Position numbers and translations under genes: made by a program
The notes under the pieces: model-generated
Database searches by the model: none
Seen by the model: only the letters and a program-made list of their open reading frames with translations
Told to the model about the DNA's origin: nothing
Assembly: GCA_044352465.1 (NCBI GenBank)
Contig: JBILDU010000002.1
Span: 25,283-89,282, forward strand
From: Bdellovibrionota bacterium
GTDB taxonomy: Bacteria > Bdellovibrionota_C > UBA2361
Reading direction: 5' to 3'
Length of the DNA: 64,000 nucleotides
In this document: positions 38,640 through 47,656 of the stretch, piece after piece
Layout of the letters: each line of letters opens with the position of its first letter
Numbering within the stretch: position 1 is the first letter of the stretch

Positions 38640-39857
38640 ATGGTGACAGTAGTACAGGTCTCCCGTTTGATCGGGGCTTTTCTTCTCAGCGGTGGTATTT
38701 TCCTGACCCCCGTTCGGTCGTTCGCCGATGATGGTGGTGATAAGCCTACGGCTACTCCTACACCACCGCCACAATGCTCACCCTCGCCAACTCCTACACG
38801 GACGGCGACCCCAACCCCCACGCGGACGCCAACCCCGTTTTGCACCTTCACTCCGACACCAACTCGTACAGCGACACCCACGCCGACCCGCACTCCGACG
38901 CCGGTCTGCACCTTTACACCGACTCCGACACGGACAGCGACGCCGACCCCGACACGCACACCGACCCCGTTTTGTACGTTTACGCCGACGCCAACTCGGA
39001 CCGCAACGGCGACTCCGACCGTAACTTCCACACCGACAGCGACGCGAACCCCCAAGCCGACGATGACGCCGACGGTTACCCATACGCCGACTCCAACTGA
39101 GACACCTTATGAGAAGCCCACGTTGACGCCGACGGCCACACCGACATCGACTGCGACGCCGACTGTAACAGCGACTTCGTCGCCGACCCCGACGGTGACG
39201 GCGACGCCGACCTTGACCCCAACGCCAACCGAGACCCCAGAGCCGACGCCGACCGCGCCGCCGCCTGTTCCAACGCCGACGCCGACCGCGCCGCCGCCTG
39301 TTCCAACGCCGACGCCGACTCCGGAGGGGACGGTAGGACTACTCTGTCAGCCGTCGCAATGTACCGAGGTGGCACTCGCCCCCTTTGTTGAGACGGTGCG
39401 GGAGAAGCTCGTTCTGCAGGAGCGGTTCTTGTTGCGAGAGGCGCGCCTTATTACGGTAGCGCTACGGGGCCGAAACGATCAGCGAACCCGCACCCTCATA
39501 ACCACCCTCAAACGCAAGTCGCGCTCCATCCGCAAAGAGATCGGGCGTACGATTCAGAACCTGCCTGCGGTCGTCTTTCAGGCCTGCCCTTCGAGTTGTG
39601 AAGAGTCCTTCAGGACAAGCTTCGACCTGTCCGAGGTAACGAACATAAACCGAATGTCGCGTGAGTTTTTAGCGCTCGCCAAGAAAGCGATCAATGAAAG
39701 GTATCAACTTGGCCGGAAGACCCCGTGTGACTCCGCGTGTCAGATAAGGGTTCGGGAGCGTAAGCTTCAAGCACAGCGTCAGATCGAGATCGCTCGCGAA
39801 TTAAGCGTAGAGACGGTTCGAGTTATCAAAGGAACTCCACGGATCACGACGTTCTGA
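38640..39857 (+). CDS. Exported Pro/Thr-rich protein with Cys-spaced tandem repeats and a basic helical C-terminal domain
   Basis: Signal peptide ending RSFA; about 200-aa PT stalk; C-terminal domain with three Cys pairs. Confidence 0.8.
   Translation: MVTVVQVSRLIGAFLLSGGIFLTPVRSFADDGGDKPTATPTPPPQCSPSPTPTRTATPTPTRTPTPFCTFTPTPTRTATPTPTRTPTPVCTFTPTPTRTATPTPTRTPTPFCTFTPTPTRTATATPTVTSTPTATRTPKPTMTPTVTHTPTPTETPYEKPTLTPTATPTSTATPTVTATSSPTPTVTATPTLTPTPTETPEPTPTAPPPVPTPTPTAPPPVPTPTPTPEGTVGLLCQPSQCTEVALAPFVETVREKLVLQERFLLREARLITVALRGRNDQRTRTLITTLKRKSRSIRKEIGRTIQNLPAVVFQACPSSCEESFRTSFDLSEVTNINRMSREFLALAKKAINERYQLGRKTPCDSACQIRVRERKLQAQRQIEIARELSVETVRVIKGTPRITTF
38775..39020 (+). repeat. 66-bp (22-aa) coding tandem repeat, about 3.7 copies
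   Basis: Units begin at Cys codons 38775, 38841, 38907 and 38973; consensus [21 protein letters not shown](F/V). Confidence 0.85.
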
Positions 39858-40290
39858 GTGTGCCTGGGCTGTGTCTGTGGTTCGAGGAGTTTTTGTCCTT
39901 GTGTTCTTGACTCAGCGGTTGCTTCCGGAGTCTCAGGAATTTAAAGGGGATAGATTCAACTGAATTTCCCTTAGTATTCGAGGGCTGTACCCCGTCCATA
40001 TCATTTGCTCTTCTGAAAGCTGGCCGGGGGACGGAGTTGGCGTTGTCTCTCTGTTCAGTTTGCTGGTGCGCTCCCGACCTAGCGCGAACGAGCTCCAAGC
40101 TTCAAAAAAGCGGATATCGGTCCTTTTCTACACGCTGCTCCGGAATCTGCGCGGCACATTCTGTGCGCGTTTGTATTCCGCTTGCAAGGCTTCGCGTCGG
40201 TAAGGAAACTTACCGGATGGGATAGCAGGTGAAAGATCCCACCGAACGTGATACGACTCTTCCGGGTTAGCTTTCACCCGAGACATTTCT

Positions 40291-40905
40291 ATGGCCAAGT
40301 TGTATTTTCGTCACGGCACCGTCAGCAGCGCTAAAACGATGAACCTTCTCGTGGTGGCCCATAACTACCGCCAACAGGGGAAGAAGGTGCTCGTCTTAAA
40401 ACCGGCGCTCGACACCCGATTTGGCGAGGACAGCATTCGCTCACGGGCCGGTTTGGAGCAAAAAGCCGATATTCTCCTCAATGAATCGTCGCGCATCCCG
40501 GCAGAGGCGCTTCTCGGGGTCAGTTGCGTTCTTGTCGATGAGGCGCAGTTTCTGAGCACCCGGGTGATCAACCAGCTTCGGGAGATCTCCGTTTTTAACA
40601 ATATCCCGGTTATCTGCTACGGATTAAGGACGGATTTTCGAAGTCAGCTCTTTGAGGGAGCGAAGCGACTCATGGAGCTCGCCGATGCGATTGAGGAGGT
40701 AAAAACGACATGTGCCTTCTGCAATCGTAAGGCGATTATGAATCTCAAACACTCGAACGGACGTGCCACGATTGAGGGGCCGAGCGTTGATCTTGGGGCC
40801 GAGGAAAAGTATTTCCCCGCTTGCTACGCCTGTTACTGCGATCAGCTCAAGGCTGCCGAATGCCCCGTTTTCCCAACCTCGGAGCAGTTTAACCTATTTG
40901 ATTAG
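40291..40905 (+). CDS. tdk: Thymidine kinase
   Basis: AKLYFRHGTVSSAKT, LKPALDTR, VDEAQFL, YGLRTDFR..LFEG, Zn-binding CAFC...C. Confidence 0.93.
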   Translation: MAKLYFRHGTVSSAKTMNLLVVAHNYRQQGKKVLVLKPALDTRFGEDSIRSRAGLEQKADILLNESSRIPAEALLGVSCVLVDEAQFLSTRVINQLREISVFNNIPVICYGLRTDFRSQLFEGAKRLMELADAIEEVKTTCAFCNRKAIMNLKHSNGRATIEGPSVDLGAEEKYFPACYACYCDQLKAAECPVFPTSEQFNLFD

Positions 40906-41416
40906 GTTTTGATGCCGGCAGTGTCGGGCGGAGAACTTCAAGGAAATTTCCTGAACCGACAACGACAACGCGGTCTCGCTTCTTAAAGCCTACAGCCCTG
41001 AGGTAATCAGCGGGAATCGTGATTCGGCCGAGACCGTCAGGGGTCACCGATTCAGAGTAGTTGAGCATGAGCGTTACCCTTTCTATCGGCTCAGCTTTAT
41101 TAAGGGGACGGTGGGTTTCCTCCAGCGCGCTATCGTAGAGTGCTTTAAACTCGGTCGCGGAAAAGACCCAGAGACCTTGCTTCGTGGGAGGAAGGAAGAT
41201 GTGGACTGGCGCGTCCCCGCCCATCTTATCCCAAAACTGCCCCGGAATATTTAGTCTTCCTTTGTCATCGACTGTGACCTCCTTCATCCCTGTGAGGAGG
41301 TGCTCGAGATTCGGTCTATCACCGGAGTGGGGGAGGCGGAGTTGCTTCAGCGCTTCTTGGCGCATTTTGAGGGTGGCTAACTCTGCGTTACCTGGTGTTA
41401 AGGTGTTTTCAGTCAT
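40889..41416 (-). CDS. MraZ/SpoVT-AbrB-like protein, stand-alone
   Basis: Two DxxGR motifs (VDDKGRLNIP, PDGLGRITIP) and VVVVGSGNFLEV; about 40-aa N-terminal extension. Confidence 0.75.
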   Translation of the reverse strand: MTENTLTPGNAELATLKMRQEALKQLRLPHSGDRPNLEHLLTGMKEVTVDDKGRLNIPGQFWDKMGGDAPVHIFLPPTKQGLWVFSATEFKALYDSALEETHRPLNKAEPIERVTLMLNYSESVTPDGLGRITIPADYLRAVGFKKRDRVVVVGSGNFLEVLRPTLPASKPNQIG

Positions 41417-41518
41417 CCTTTGAGTGTGGCGAGGGCGTTAAATTTAGTCAAATGAGGCGAAGTAGCCAGCTTGTAGGAGCTGGGCTTAAGCTCTTTATAA
41501 GGATGATTATTGGTCGAT

Positions 41519-42589
41519 TCAGCTCGTTAAGTCAGGTGTTGGGTGGGGGGCCTGGAGCGCCCCCCGGAGAAGTTTGAGCGCCTGCCCCCTACCTGGGGCG
41601 AGGCGAAAGAAGAGCGGGGCAAGGGGCACACCGCTTTCATGGAGAAAGAGGATCGCGTCGGTTTCCGGTGAAATGAGACCAGCTTGAGGATGGGAGCGAA
41701 CGAAGCGGGTCAACGGACCTCCCAGCTCTTGACGAAGCTCTTTAGCGCATACGAGCGCTAACGTTGCCGTGGCGAGACGATCGGCGCAGAAGGCAAGTTT
41801 TTTGAATTCAGCTGGTAGCTTCGCTGACTCAGCCGTTCTTTCATACGGGGTGACAAAAAGTGGGGCCGCGATGCGCTCCCCCTTTTTGCTGGTTGTGGCG
41901 CTTATCTCGATAAGGTCGAGGATCGTTTCAGGATACGAGTAGGACATCTGTACGAGGCCGTCTTTTTGGACATCGTAATCAAGTTTTTCGAATATACCGA
42001 GGAGCTTCCGCCGCGCGCTCTCAGAATCCTCTCGTTGGATGGCTTCAGCAGCGCTAAAAAATTCCTTAAATAAGGCGCGCCCAACCGCCCCCTTTTGCTC
42101 AAGCCCCGGGACGGTGGTGGTGAGAGGTACGCGAGACTCGAGGAGCTTTGGGGGCGCTAACCCATAGGTCGGTAAGGTAAACGACATCCCTCCAAAGCCG
42201 ACACCGGTGAGCGCTGAGATTCCCGCCCTGGTTTCACCGGGGGAAACGATACTCACCACTTCGCGGGATGGCGGACGAGTTTTCGGAGTGATGAGCGAGA
42301 TCGGCTGATCGGTCGAATTCGTTAATCCCCAACGAGTCAAGCTCTCTCGCTTTAAAACAACACCGCTCGCCGAATCGCTGAGTACAAAACCGGTCGGCGT
42401 AACGGTGACCACAGCGCCAGGTTCGATCGCTTCGAGCTCGAATGAGACTCCGATCGAGCATTCCGGTGAATGAGGGTCGCGCTGAGTGCGGGTCGGTAAC
42501 GACACCCCTTGGAGCTGGTCGGCTCGGGAGGTCTTTTCGTCCGTGAGGTGATGCGGTTGAGATTTAAAAATACCTTCCCAGAAGCCCAT
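41519..42589 (-). CDS. Hypothetical protein (356 aa)
   Basis: Long ORF with GGAG SD; beta-rich N-half and helical C-half. Confidence 0.65.
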   Translation of the reverse strand: MGFWEGIFKSQPHHLTDEKTSRADQLQGVSLPTRTQRDPHSPECSIGVSFELEAIEPGAVVTVTPTGFVLSDSASGVVLKRESLTRWGLTNSTDQPISLITPKTRPPSREVVSIVSPGETRAGISALTGVGFGGMSFTLPTYGLAPPKLLESRVPLTTTVPGLEQKGAVGRALFKEFFSAAEAIQREDSESARRKLLGIFEKLDYDVQKDGLVQMSYSYPETILDLIEISATTSKKGERIAAPLFVTPYERTAESAKLPAEFKKLAFCADRLATATLALVCAKELRQELGGPLTRFVRSHPQAGLISPETDAILFLHESGVPLAPLFFRLAPGRGQALKLLRGALQAPHPTPDLTS

Positions 42590-42658
42590 GGTCTTTCACT
42601 CCATCGCACGATGTCGCGAGTGTACACTATAGATCGTGATGGTAGACCACAGGCTATT

Positions 42659-43111
42659 TTAAAAGGGACCTTGAGCGGTCCCGGGTTTTGTCGGCATCGC
42701 GGCGAGCGTTCGCGAGCAGGTCCGGCGGGTCTGGGGGCGCAGCCCCGGGCGACGTTGAGGGGGTAACCTCCGGTGAGAGGTGCGCTCGGGTTGCTGGCGT
42801 GTCGATAGCGCCCGGAGCGCTGCTCGGTGGGCGCGCGGGAACGGCTTCTCGGCAAGGACCATAGCTCGATCGGGTAGAGTAAGCTCCCCAAAACACGCGC
42901 CGGAAAACACCTTTTCCGCGAGAGGGGATCCGCGGGGAGTCGCCTCGATGCGCCGGCGGGCTCGCGCCGAGATCGCTCGATGGAGGGGGTGGTATGCGGG
43001 CACGACCTCATTTACTCGGAGCATCCCCCAAAGGGGGCGCCCTGAGTCGATATCGGAGAGGATCGAGGCGACAAGACGGGGAGAGACAGGCTGTTTTTCC
43101 ATGACAGCCAA
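42659..43111 (-). CDS. Possible hypothetical protein
   Basis: Fills the gap upstream of the 356-aa ORF on the same strand; competes with several overlapping GC-rich ORFs; C-terminus is Arg/Pro-rich. Confidence 0.3.
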   Translation of the reverse strand: MAVMEKQPVSPRLVASILSDIDSGRPLWGMLRVNEVVPAYHPLHRAISARARRRIEATPRGSPLAEKVFSGACFGELTLPDRAMVLAEKPFPRAHRAALRALSTRQQPERTSHRRLPPQRRPGLRPQTRRTCSRTLAAMPTKPGTAQGPF

Positions 43112-43292
43112 ATGAGCAAAGGTCGTGCCCCCCCTGTCGGACTTTTAAGGTATTGATTTGATACCCCTCTCCCGGGCGGAGGGGGTGGGGGGCGTGTGGG
43201 GTGGTGCGGCAGTGGTGCTGCACCGTGCCGCACGGGGCGGTAACGACCCGTCACCATGGTATTCTTTAGAGGTATCGGTATATACTCGCCAA

Positions 43293-43391
43293 CGGCGGCT
43301 GGGTCGCGTGCGAGAGGACCCGTGAACCCGGTCAGGCCCGGAAGGGAGCAGCCGTAACGGTATCACTCTGTGATACGTTTCTTGGCCGCCG
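43293..43391 (+). ncRNA. ffs: Signal recognition particle RNA (4.5S)
   Basis: Helix-8 motif GTCAGGCCCGGAAGGGAGCAGC; terminal stem CGGCGGCT...GGCCGCCG; TATACT -10 at 43281; classic position upstream of dnaX. Confidence 0.92.
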
Positions 43392-43441
43392 CTTTACTAC
43401 CCCTACTTGAGATTGGGGACTCCAACAGGCGCGTACCGTCG

Positions 43442-45136
43442 ATGTCCTATCTGGTCTTTGCCCGCAAATATCGTCCCGGTAGTTTCGCCTCGGTCGTAGG
43501 GCAAGAGCACGTTACCCGCACCCTCGGTAACTCGATTAAACGGAATCGGGTCGCCCACGCGTATCTCTTCGCGGGGCCCCGTGGGGTGGGAAAGACCTCG
43601 ATAGCGCGAATCTTTTCCAAGGCTTTGAATTGTCAGAAAGGCCCCACCGACGATCCGTGCATGGAGTGCTCGAATTGTCTTGAGATAACGAAGGGCTCGA
43701 GCCTTGCGGTGCGTGAGATCGACGGAGCCTCGCATAACAGCGTCGATAACGTTCGTGAGCTGATCGAATCATTCCGGTCCCTTCCGGCACCCGGATATCG
43801 CTATAAGATCTATATTATCGATGAAGTTCATATGTTCAGTGGCTCGGCTTTCAATGCCCTGCTGAAGAGCCTCGAAGAGCCGCCACCGAACACCGTATTC
43901 ATTCTCGCAACAACCGAGGTTCATAAGATCCCCGAGACCGTCATCTCGCGGTGTCAGCGCCACGATTTTCGCGCACTGCCAGGTGAAGACATCGAAAAGC
44001 AGCTCAAGCACATCGCTGCTCAAGAAAAGGTGACGATCGAGCCGGAGGTCTTTCGGATGATCGCCCGATTTTCGGACGGGTCGATGCGAGATTCCCAGTC
44101 ATTGCTCGACCGGGTGTGCTCGTTCTGTGATGGAACCGTCACCGCAGTTGAAGCGGGTAAGATTCTCGGGGTAGTCGAACGCAGCGTTCTTTTCTCGCTT
44201 TCTCAAGCGATATTTTCTCACGATGCGCCGAAGGCGTTAGAGATGGTGGGGGTCGCTTTCTCGCGTGGGATCGATCCAGCTCTTTTTCTTAAAGAATTCG
44301 CCTCGCATTGGCGTGAGCTTGTTGTCGCCCGCTTCGGTGGAGAGAAGGGACTTGAGAGGCTTGGTGTTTCGCCGGACGATGCGGTTGAGCTTCGTCGGCA
44401 GGTGCAGGGGGTCTCAACCCACGATGTACAAGATCTCGCCGAGCTTGCCCGAAGTGGGGCTGATCGAGCGCTGCGGAGTTCGTTTCCCAAATATGCGCTC
44501 GAAGCTTTGGTCGTCCAATTGGCGACGCGGGCTCCGGTGCGTGAGATGAACGATATCCTCGCTGCGCTGAAGTCGGGTAAGGTTGGTCCGGTGAATAGCG
44601 CGACTCCGAGCGCGCCGTCCCGGGTCGCGCGGGTGGAGCCGCTCGTTGCCGAGCGGCCTGCGGCGCCGGTAATCCAGCGTGCCCCGGTTGGGGCGAGTGT
44701 GGCGGCTGAGTCGCCGACGTCATCAAACGGTGGCGCGCTCGATTGGGGGAGCTTCGTCCGCTTTGCCACCGATGAAGGCGCGCGGATGCTGGCTGAGCAG
44801 CTGAAGCGTCTTTCAGTTGAAAGCTTTTCCCCAGGGACTTTAAAGGCACGTGGTCCCGATTTTTCGGTCGCCTATCTCGCCAAGGGCGAGAATAAAGAGA
44901 AGCTCGAAAAACTCCTTGGTGGTTTCGTCAAGGGGGCGGCGAAGTGGCGGGTTGATCTGCAGACGAGTGGCTCGGTAGGACAGCCTGAGCCGGGGAGCTT
45001 GCTCCACAACGAGCAGAGTGCGAAGAGCGAAGCCGAGCGGCTTCGGAGCGAGCAGATCTCGAATCACCCCAAGATTAAAAGTCTGCAGAAAGTTTTTCCT
45101 GGCAGCAAAATCGAAACGATTAAAGTGAAGGAGTAA
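43442..45136 (+). CDS. dnaX: DNA polymerase III subunit gamma/tau
   Basis: MSYLVFARKYRP, GPRGVGKTS, EIDGAS, IIDEVHM, FNALLKSLEEPP, SRCQ; true start ATG 43442. Confidence 0.97.
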   Translation: MSYLVFARKYRPGSFASVVGQEHVTRTLGNSIKRNRVAHAYLFAGPRGVGKTSIARIFSKALNCQKGPTDDPCMECSNCLEITKGSSLAVREIDGASHNSVDNVRELIESFRSLPAPGYRYKIYIIDEVHMFSGSAFNALLKSLEEPPPNTVFILATTEVHKIPETVISRCQRHDFRALPGEDIEKQLKHIAAQEKVTIEPEVFRMIARFSDGSMRDSQSLLDRVCSFCDGTVTAVEAGKILGVVERSVLFSLSQAIFSHDAPKALEMVGVAFSRGIDPALFLKEFASHWRELVVARFGGEKGLERLGVSPDDAVELRRQVQGVSTHDVQDLAELARSGADRALRSSFPKYALEALVVQLATRAPVREMNDILAALKSGKVGPVNSATPSAPSRVARVEPLVAERPAAPVIQRAPVGASVAAESPTSSNGGALDWGSFVRFATDEGARMLAEQLKRLSVESFSPGTLKARGPDFSVAYLAKGENKEKLEKLLGGFVKGAAKWRVDLQTSGSVGQPEPGSLLHNEQSAKSEAERLRSEQISNHPKIKSLQKVFPGSKIETIKVKE

Positions 45137-45141
45137 CTGCG

Positions 45142-45486
45142 ATGGCGAAGGGATTCCCCGGGTTCCCGGGTGGTGGAATGGGAAATATGCAGGCGCTCAT
45201 GAAGCAAGCCCAGAAGATGCAGGAACAGCTTCAAAAAGTTCAGAGCGATGCCGAGCAGTACACCGCCGAGGGGAGCGCTGGCGGTGGCGTGGTGAAGATA
45301 ACGGCGAACGGTCAGAATCGATTGCTTTCGGTCGCTATCGATAAGCAGTGTGTGAATCCTGATGATGTCGAGATGCTCCAAGATCTGGTCCTCGTTGCTG
45401 CTAACGATGCGTTACAGAAAGTGCAGGAGAATCTTAAGAGCCAGATGTCAAAGATTACCGGTGGAATGAATATCCCCGGACTTTAA
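45142..45486 (+). CDS. ybaB: YbaB/EbfC nucleoid-associated protein
   Basis: MKQAQKMQ, AGGGVVKITANG, DDVEMLQDLVLVAANDA, TGGMNIPG; lies between dnaX and recR. Confidence 0.95.
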   Translation: MAKGFPGFPGGGMGNMQALMKQAQKMQEQLQKVQSDAEQYTAEGSAGGGVVKITANGQNRLLSVAIDKQCVNPDDVEMLQDLVLVAANDALQKVQENLKSQMSKITGGMNIPGL

Positions 45487-45498
45487 GAGGTCTTTGCG

Positions 45499-46104
45499 AT
45501 GTTGTCTTTTCCCCCTGCTATGCAGAAGCTCATTCGTGAGCTCTCGAAGCTTCCCTCGATCGGGGAGAAGTCGGCGACCCGGCTCGCCTACCACCTTGTG
45601 AATAACGACCGTGCGCTCGCTGAGTCACTCGCTGAGACGCTGCGACACGCTGTTAAAGGGGTTCAGCCGTGTTCCCGTTGCTTCAACTTAAGCGAGGGAG
45701 AGCTGTGCACGATCTGTAAGAATCCTCAGCGCGATGCCGCCCTCATCTGTGTCGTTGAAAAGCCGATGGACCTCGTTGCTATCGAGCGGATGGGGGAGTA
45801 TCGGGGGCTCTATCACGTCTTGCACGGACTCTGGGCACCGCTCCGGGGGCAGGGGCCGGAGAGTATGAAGCTGAGCGAGCTTATCGCGCGCCTCGATGGG
45901 GGCGGTATCAAAGAGGTGATTCTCGCAACAAGCTCAACGGTGGAAGGGGACGCCACGGCGCTCTACGTCGCCCGCCTTGTTGCCCAGAAGGGGATTCCAA
46001 CGTCCAGGCTGGCCCAAGGTATGCCGAAAGGGGGAGAACTCGAATACGCCGACGATATAACGCTCTCGCGGGCTCTCTCCGGGCGCCATGTTATTTCGGG
46101 GTAG
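45499..46104 (+). CDS. recR: Recombination mediator RecR
   Basis: HhH LPSIGEKSATRLA, C4 zinc finger, ICVVE, YHVLHG, VEGDATA, GGELEYAD. Confidence 0.97.
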   Translation: MLSFPPAMQKLIRELSKLPSIGEKSATRLAYHLVNNDRALAESLAETLRHAVKGVQPCSRCFNLSEGELCTICKNPQRDAALICVVEKPMDLVAIERMGEYRGLYHVLHGLWAPLRGQGPESMKLSELIARLDGGGIKEVILATSSTVEGDATALYVARLVAQKGIPTSRLAQGMPKGGELEYADDITLSRALSGRHVISG

Positions 46105-46176
46105 TTCAAAAATGCCCGTTGAGAGGCGCCAAGAGGGGTTTTAAAAGGGAAATAGCCGGGTAACTGAGCCATGCTA

Positions 46177-46204
46177 TTGACTTAATGCCCCTAAGACGTA
46201 AAAT
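46177..46204 (+). promoter_or_regulatory. Sigma70-type promoter for tRNA-Asn
   Basis: TTGACT-16 nt-TAAAAT, ending 12 nt before the tRNA 5' end. Confidence 0.65.
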
Positions 46205-46216
46205 TCGACCCGGTCT

Positions 46217-46292
46217 TCCCCGGTAGCTCAGCTGGTAGAGCAGGTGACTGTTAATCACCGTGTCGCTGGTTCGATCCCAGCCCGGGGAGCCA
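46217..46292 (+). tRNA. tRNA-Asn (GTT)
   Basis: 76-nt cloverleaf: acceptor TCCCCGG/CCGGGGA, anticodon arm GGTGA-CTGTTAA-TCACC, GTTCGATCC T-loop, encoded CCA. Confidence 0.97.
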
Positions 46293-46580
46293 TTTTCCCG
46301 ACGATTACCTCTCTTACTATTACCTCTATTATCCCGAAGATATTTCCTGAGGTTCGCGCGTCCTTTTTCGGTTCCTCCGTTTCTTGTTAGCTTTTTCTTG
46401 TTCCCCTTTTTGTGAGCCGAACGGCTCATATCTTTGAGTCTTATACCTGGGCAACAGGGAAATGACGGGGAAATGGGGGGGCATCAAGGAAACTCACGCT
46501 TCCCCCTTCCGTGGCCTCGGGGGCTCCGAACGGGGGAGATTTTCGTCAATCAATTCAGAGAATTTGGCGATAGTGTGGGT

Positions 46581-47597
46581 ATGGTAAAAGGTTCCCCCCA
46601 CTGGCTGTTTGTTCTCCTCTCGATCCTCCTACGGCTTCATGAGGCGACTGCAGCCCCGACCCTCGATGGAATCGGCTCGTTCGGCTACCAACTTCAAAAC
46701 CCTGATATAAGCCAGCTGGCGGTCTCTTCGTATGAACTAGTCATCATCGACTATTCGAGAGACGGGAGTGATGCCCAAGCTTTTTCGGCGACAGAGATAG
46801 CGACGCTCAAGAATTCAGGCAAAAAGGTGCTCGCTTATCTCAGCATCGGTGAGGCTGAAGAGTATCGTTTCTATTTTAAATCTGCATGGACACGGGCGCA
46901 AAAGCGTGGCCCGTGCGGCCGTGTTCCCGCGCGACGTGCCCCGGCGTGGCTCGATGAGGTGAACCGCGATTTTTGCGGGAATTATAAGGTTAAATATTGG
47001 GATCGTCAGTGGCAACGGCTCGTATTCGGCGTTCGGCACGGTAAGCGCCGGAGCTACCTTGATCGGATTATCGATGCGGGCTTCGATGGCGCCTATTTGG
47101 ACATCGTTGATGGATATGAGTATTGGCTCGAAAAACGCGGTGCGGCACGGCGTCCGACGGCGGCACAAGATATGGCGAACTTTGTGGTAAAGCTCGCCCG
47201 CTATGCTCGGGTGAAGCGAGGCCAACGAGATTTCATCGTGGTACCACAAAACGGCGCCGAGATTATTGACGTGGTGAGCCCTAAGCTGCGTAAGCGCTAC
47301 CTCGCCACGATCCAAGGAATCGGGGCGGAGGATACGTTTTATTTCGGACGCAAAGATGAGGATAATCGGTTTGATCCTCAGCCTGCGCTGCGAACCCTCG
47401 AGAAATATGTCGCTGCGGGGAAGAAAGTTTTCGCCGTTGATTACCTCCTTCAGAGCGCCAAAATTGAAAAATTTGCGCGTCTTGCTTGCGCGCAGGGCTT
47501 CGTTCCCCAGGTAGCTAGCCGTGCACTCGATACCGTTGAGAACCAAGTTCTCGTCGGATGTCAGTGTCTCTTTTCGGAAAGCGGTTGGGTCTGCTAA
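46581..47597 (+). CDS. Exported endo-alpha-1,4-polygalactosaminidase-like glycoside hydrolase (GH114/TM1410 type)
   Basis: YQLQ, LVIIDYSRDG, AYLSIGEAEEYRFY, GNYKVKYW, AGFDGAYLDIVDGY, PQNG, GIGAED, VDY motifs; likely start ATG 46581. Confidence 0.87.
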   Translation: MVKGSPHWLFVLLSILLRLHEATAAPTLDGIGSFGYQLQNPDISQLAVSSYELVIIDYSRDGSDAQAFSATEIATLKNSGKKVLAYLSIGEAEEYRFYFKSAWTRAQKRGPCGRVPARRAPAWLDEVNRDFCGNYKVKYWDRQWQRLVFGVRHGKRRSYLDRIIDAGFDGAYLDIVDGYEYWLEKRGAARRPTAAQDMANFVVKLARYARVKRGQRDFIVVPQNGAEIIDVVSPKLRKRYLATIQGIGAEDTFYFGRKDEDNRFDPQPALRTLEKYVAAGKKVFAVDYLLQSAKIEKFARLACAQGFVPQVASRALDTVENQVLVGCQCLFSESGWVC

Positions 47598-47656
47598 CGG
47601 AGAGAGCGTTGGCACCAGCCTTTGCCTCTTCGTGGTGGGCGAGCGCTTGGCTGTGC

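Noticed and set aside
38775..39320. Regular repeats as a CRISPR array
   Set aside because: They are in-frame Pro/Thr coding repeats with no unique spacers; no cas genes in the window.
43370..43441. N-terminal extension of DnaX from the ORF track
   Set aside because: Overlaps the SRP RNA; the conserved start MSYLVFARKYRP begins at 43442.
43442..45136. Programmed -1 frameshift in dnaX
   Set aside because: I saw no A-AAA-AAG or long poly-A slippery site in the linker region.
46303..46327. ATTACCTCT direct repeat after the tRNA
   Set aside because: Only two short copies in pyrimidine-rich sequence; no supporting context.
46217..47600. tRNA-Asn as a genomic-island integration site
   Set aside because: No integrase, no duplicated tRNA 3' end noticed, and ordinary metabolic genes downstream.
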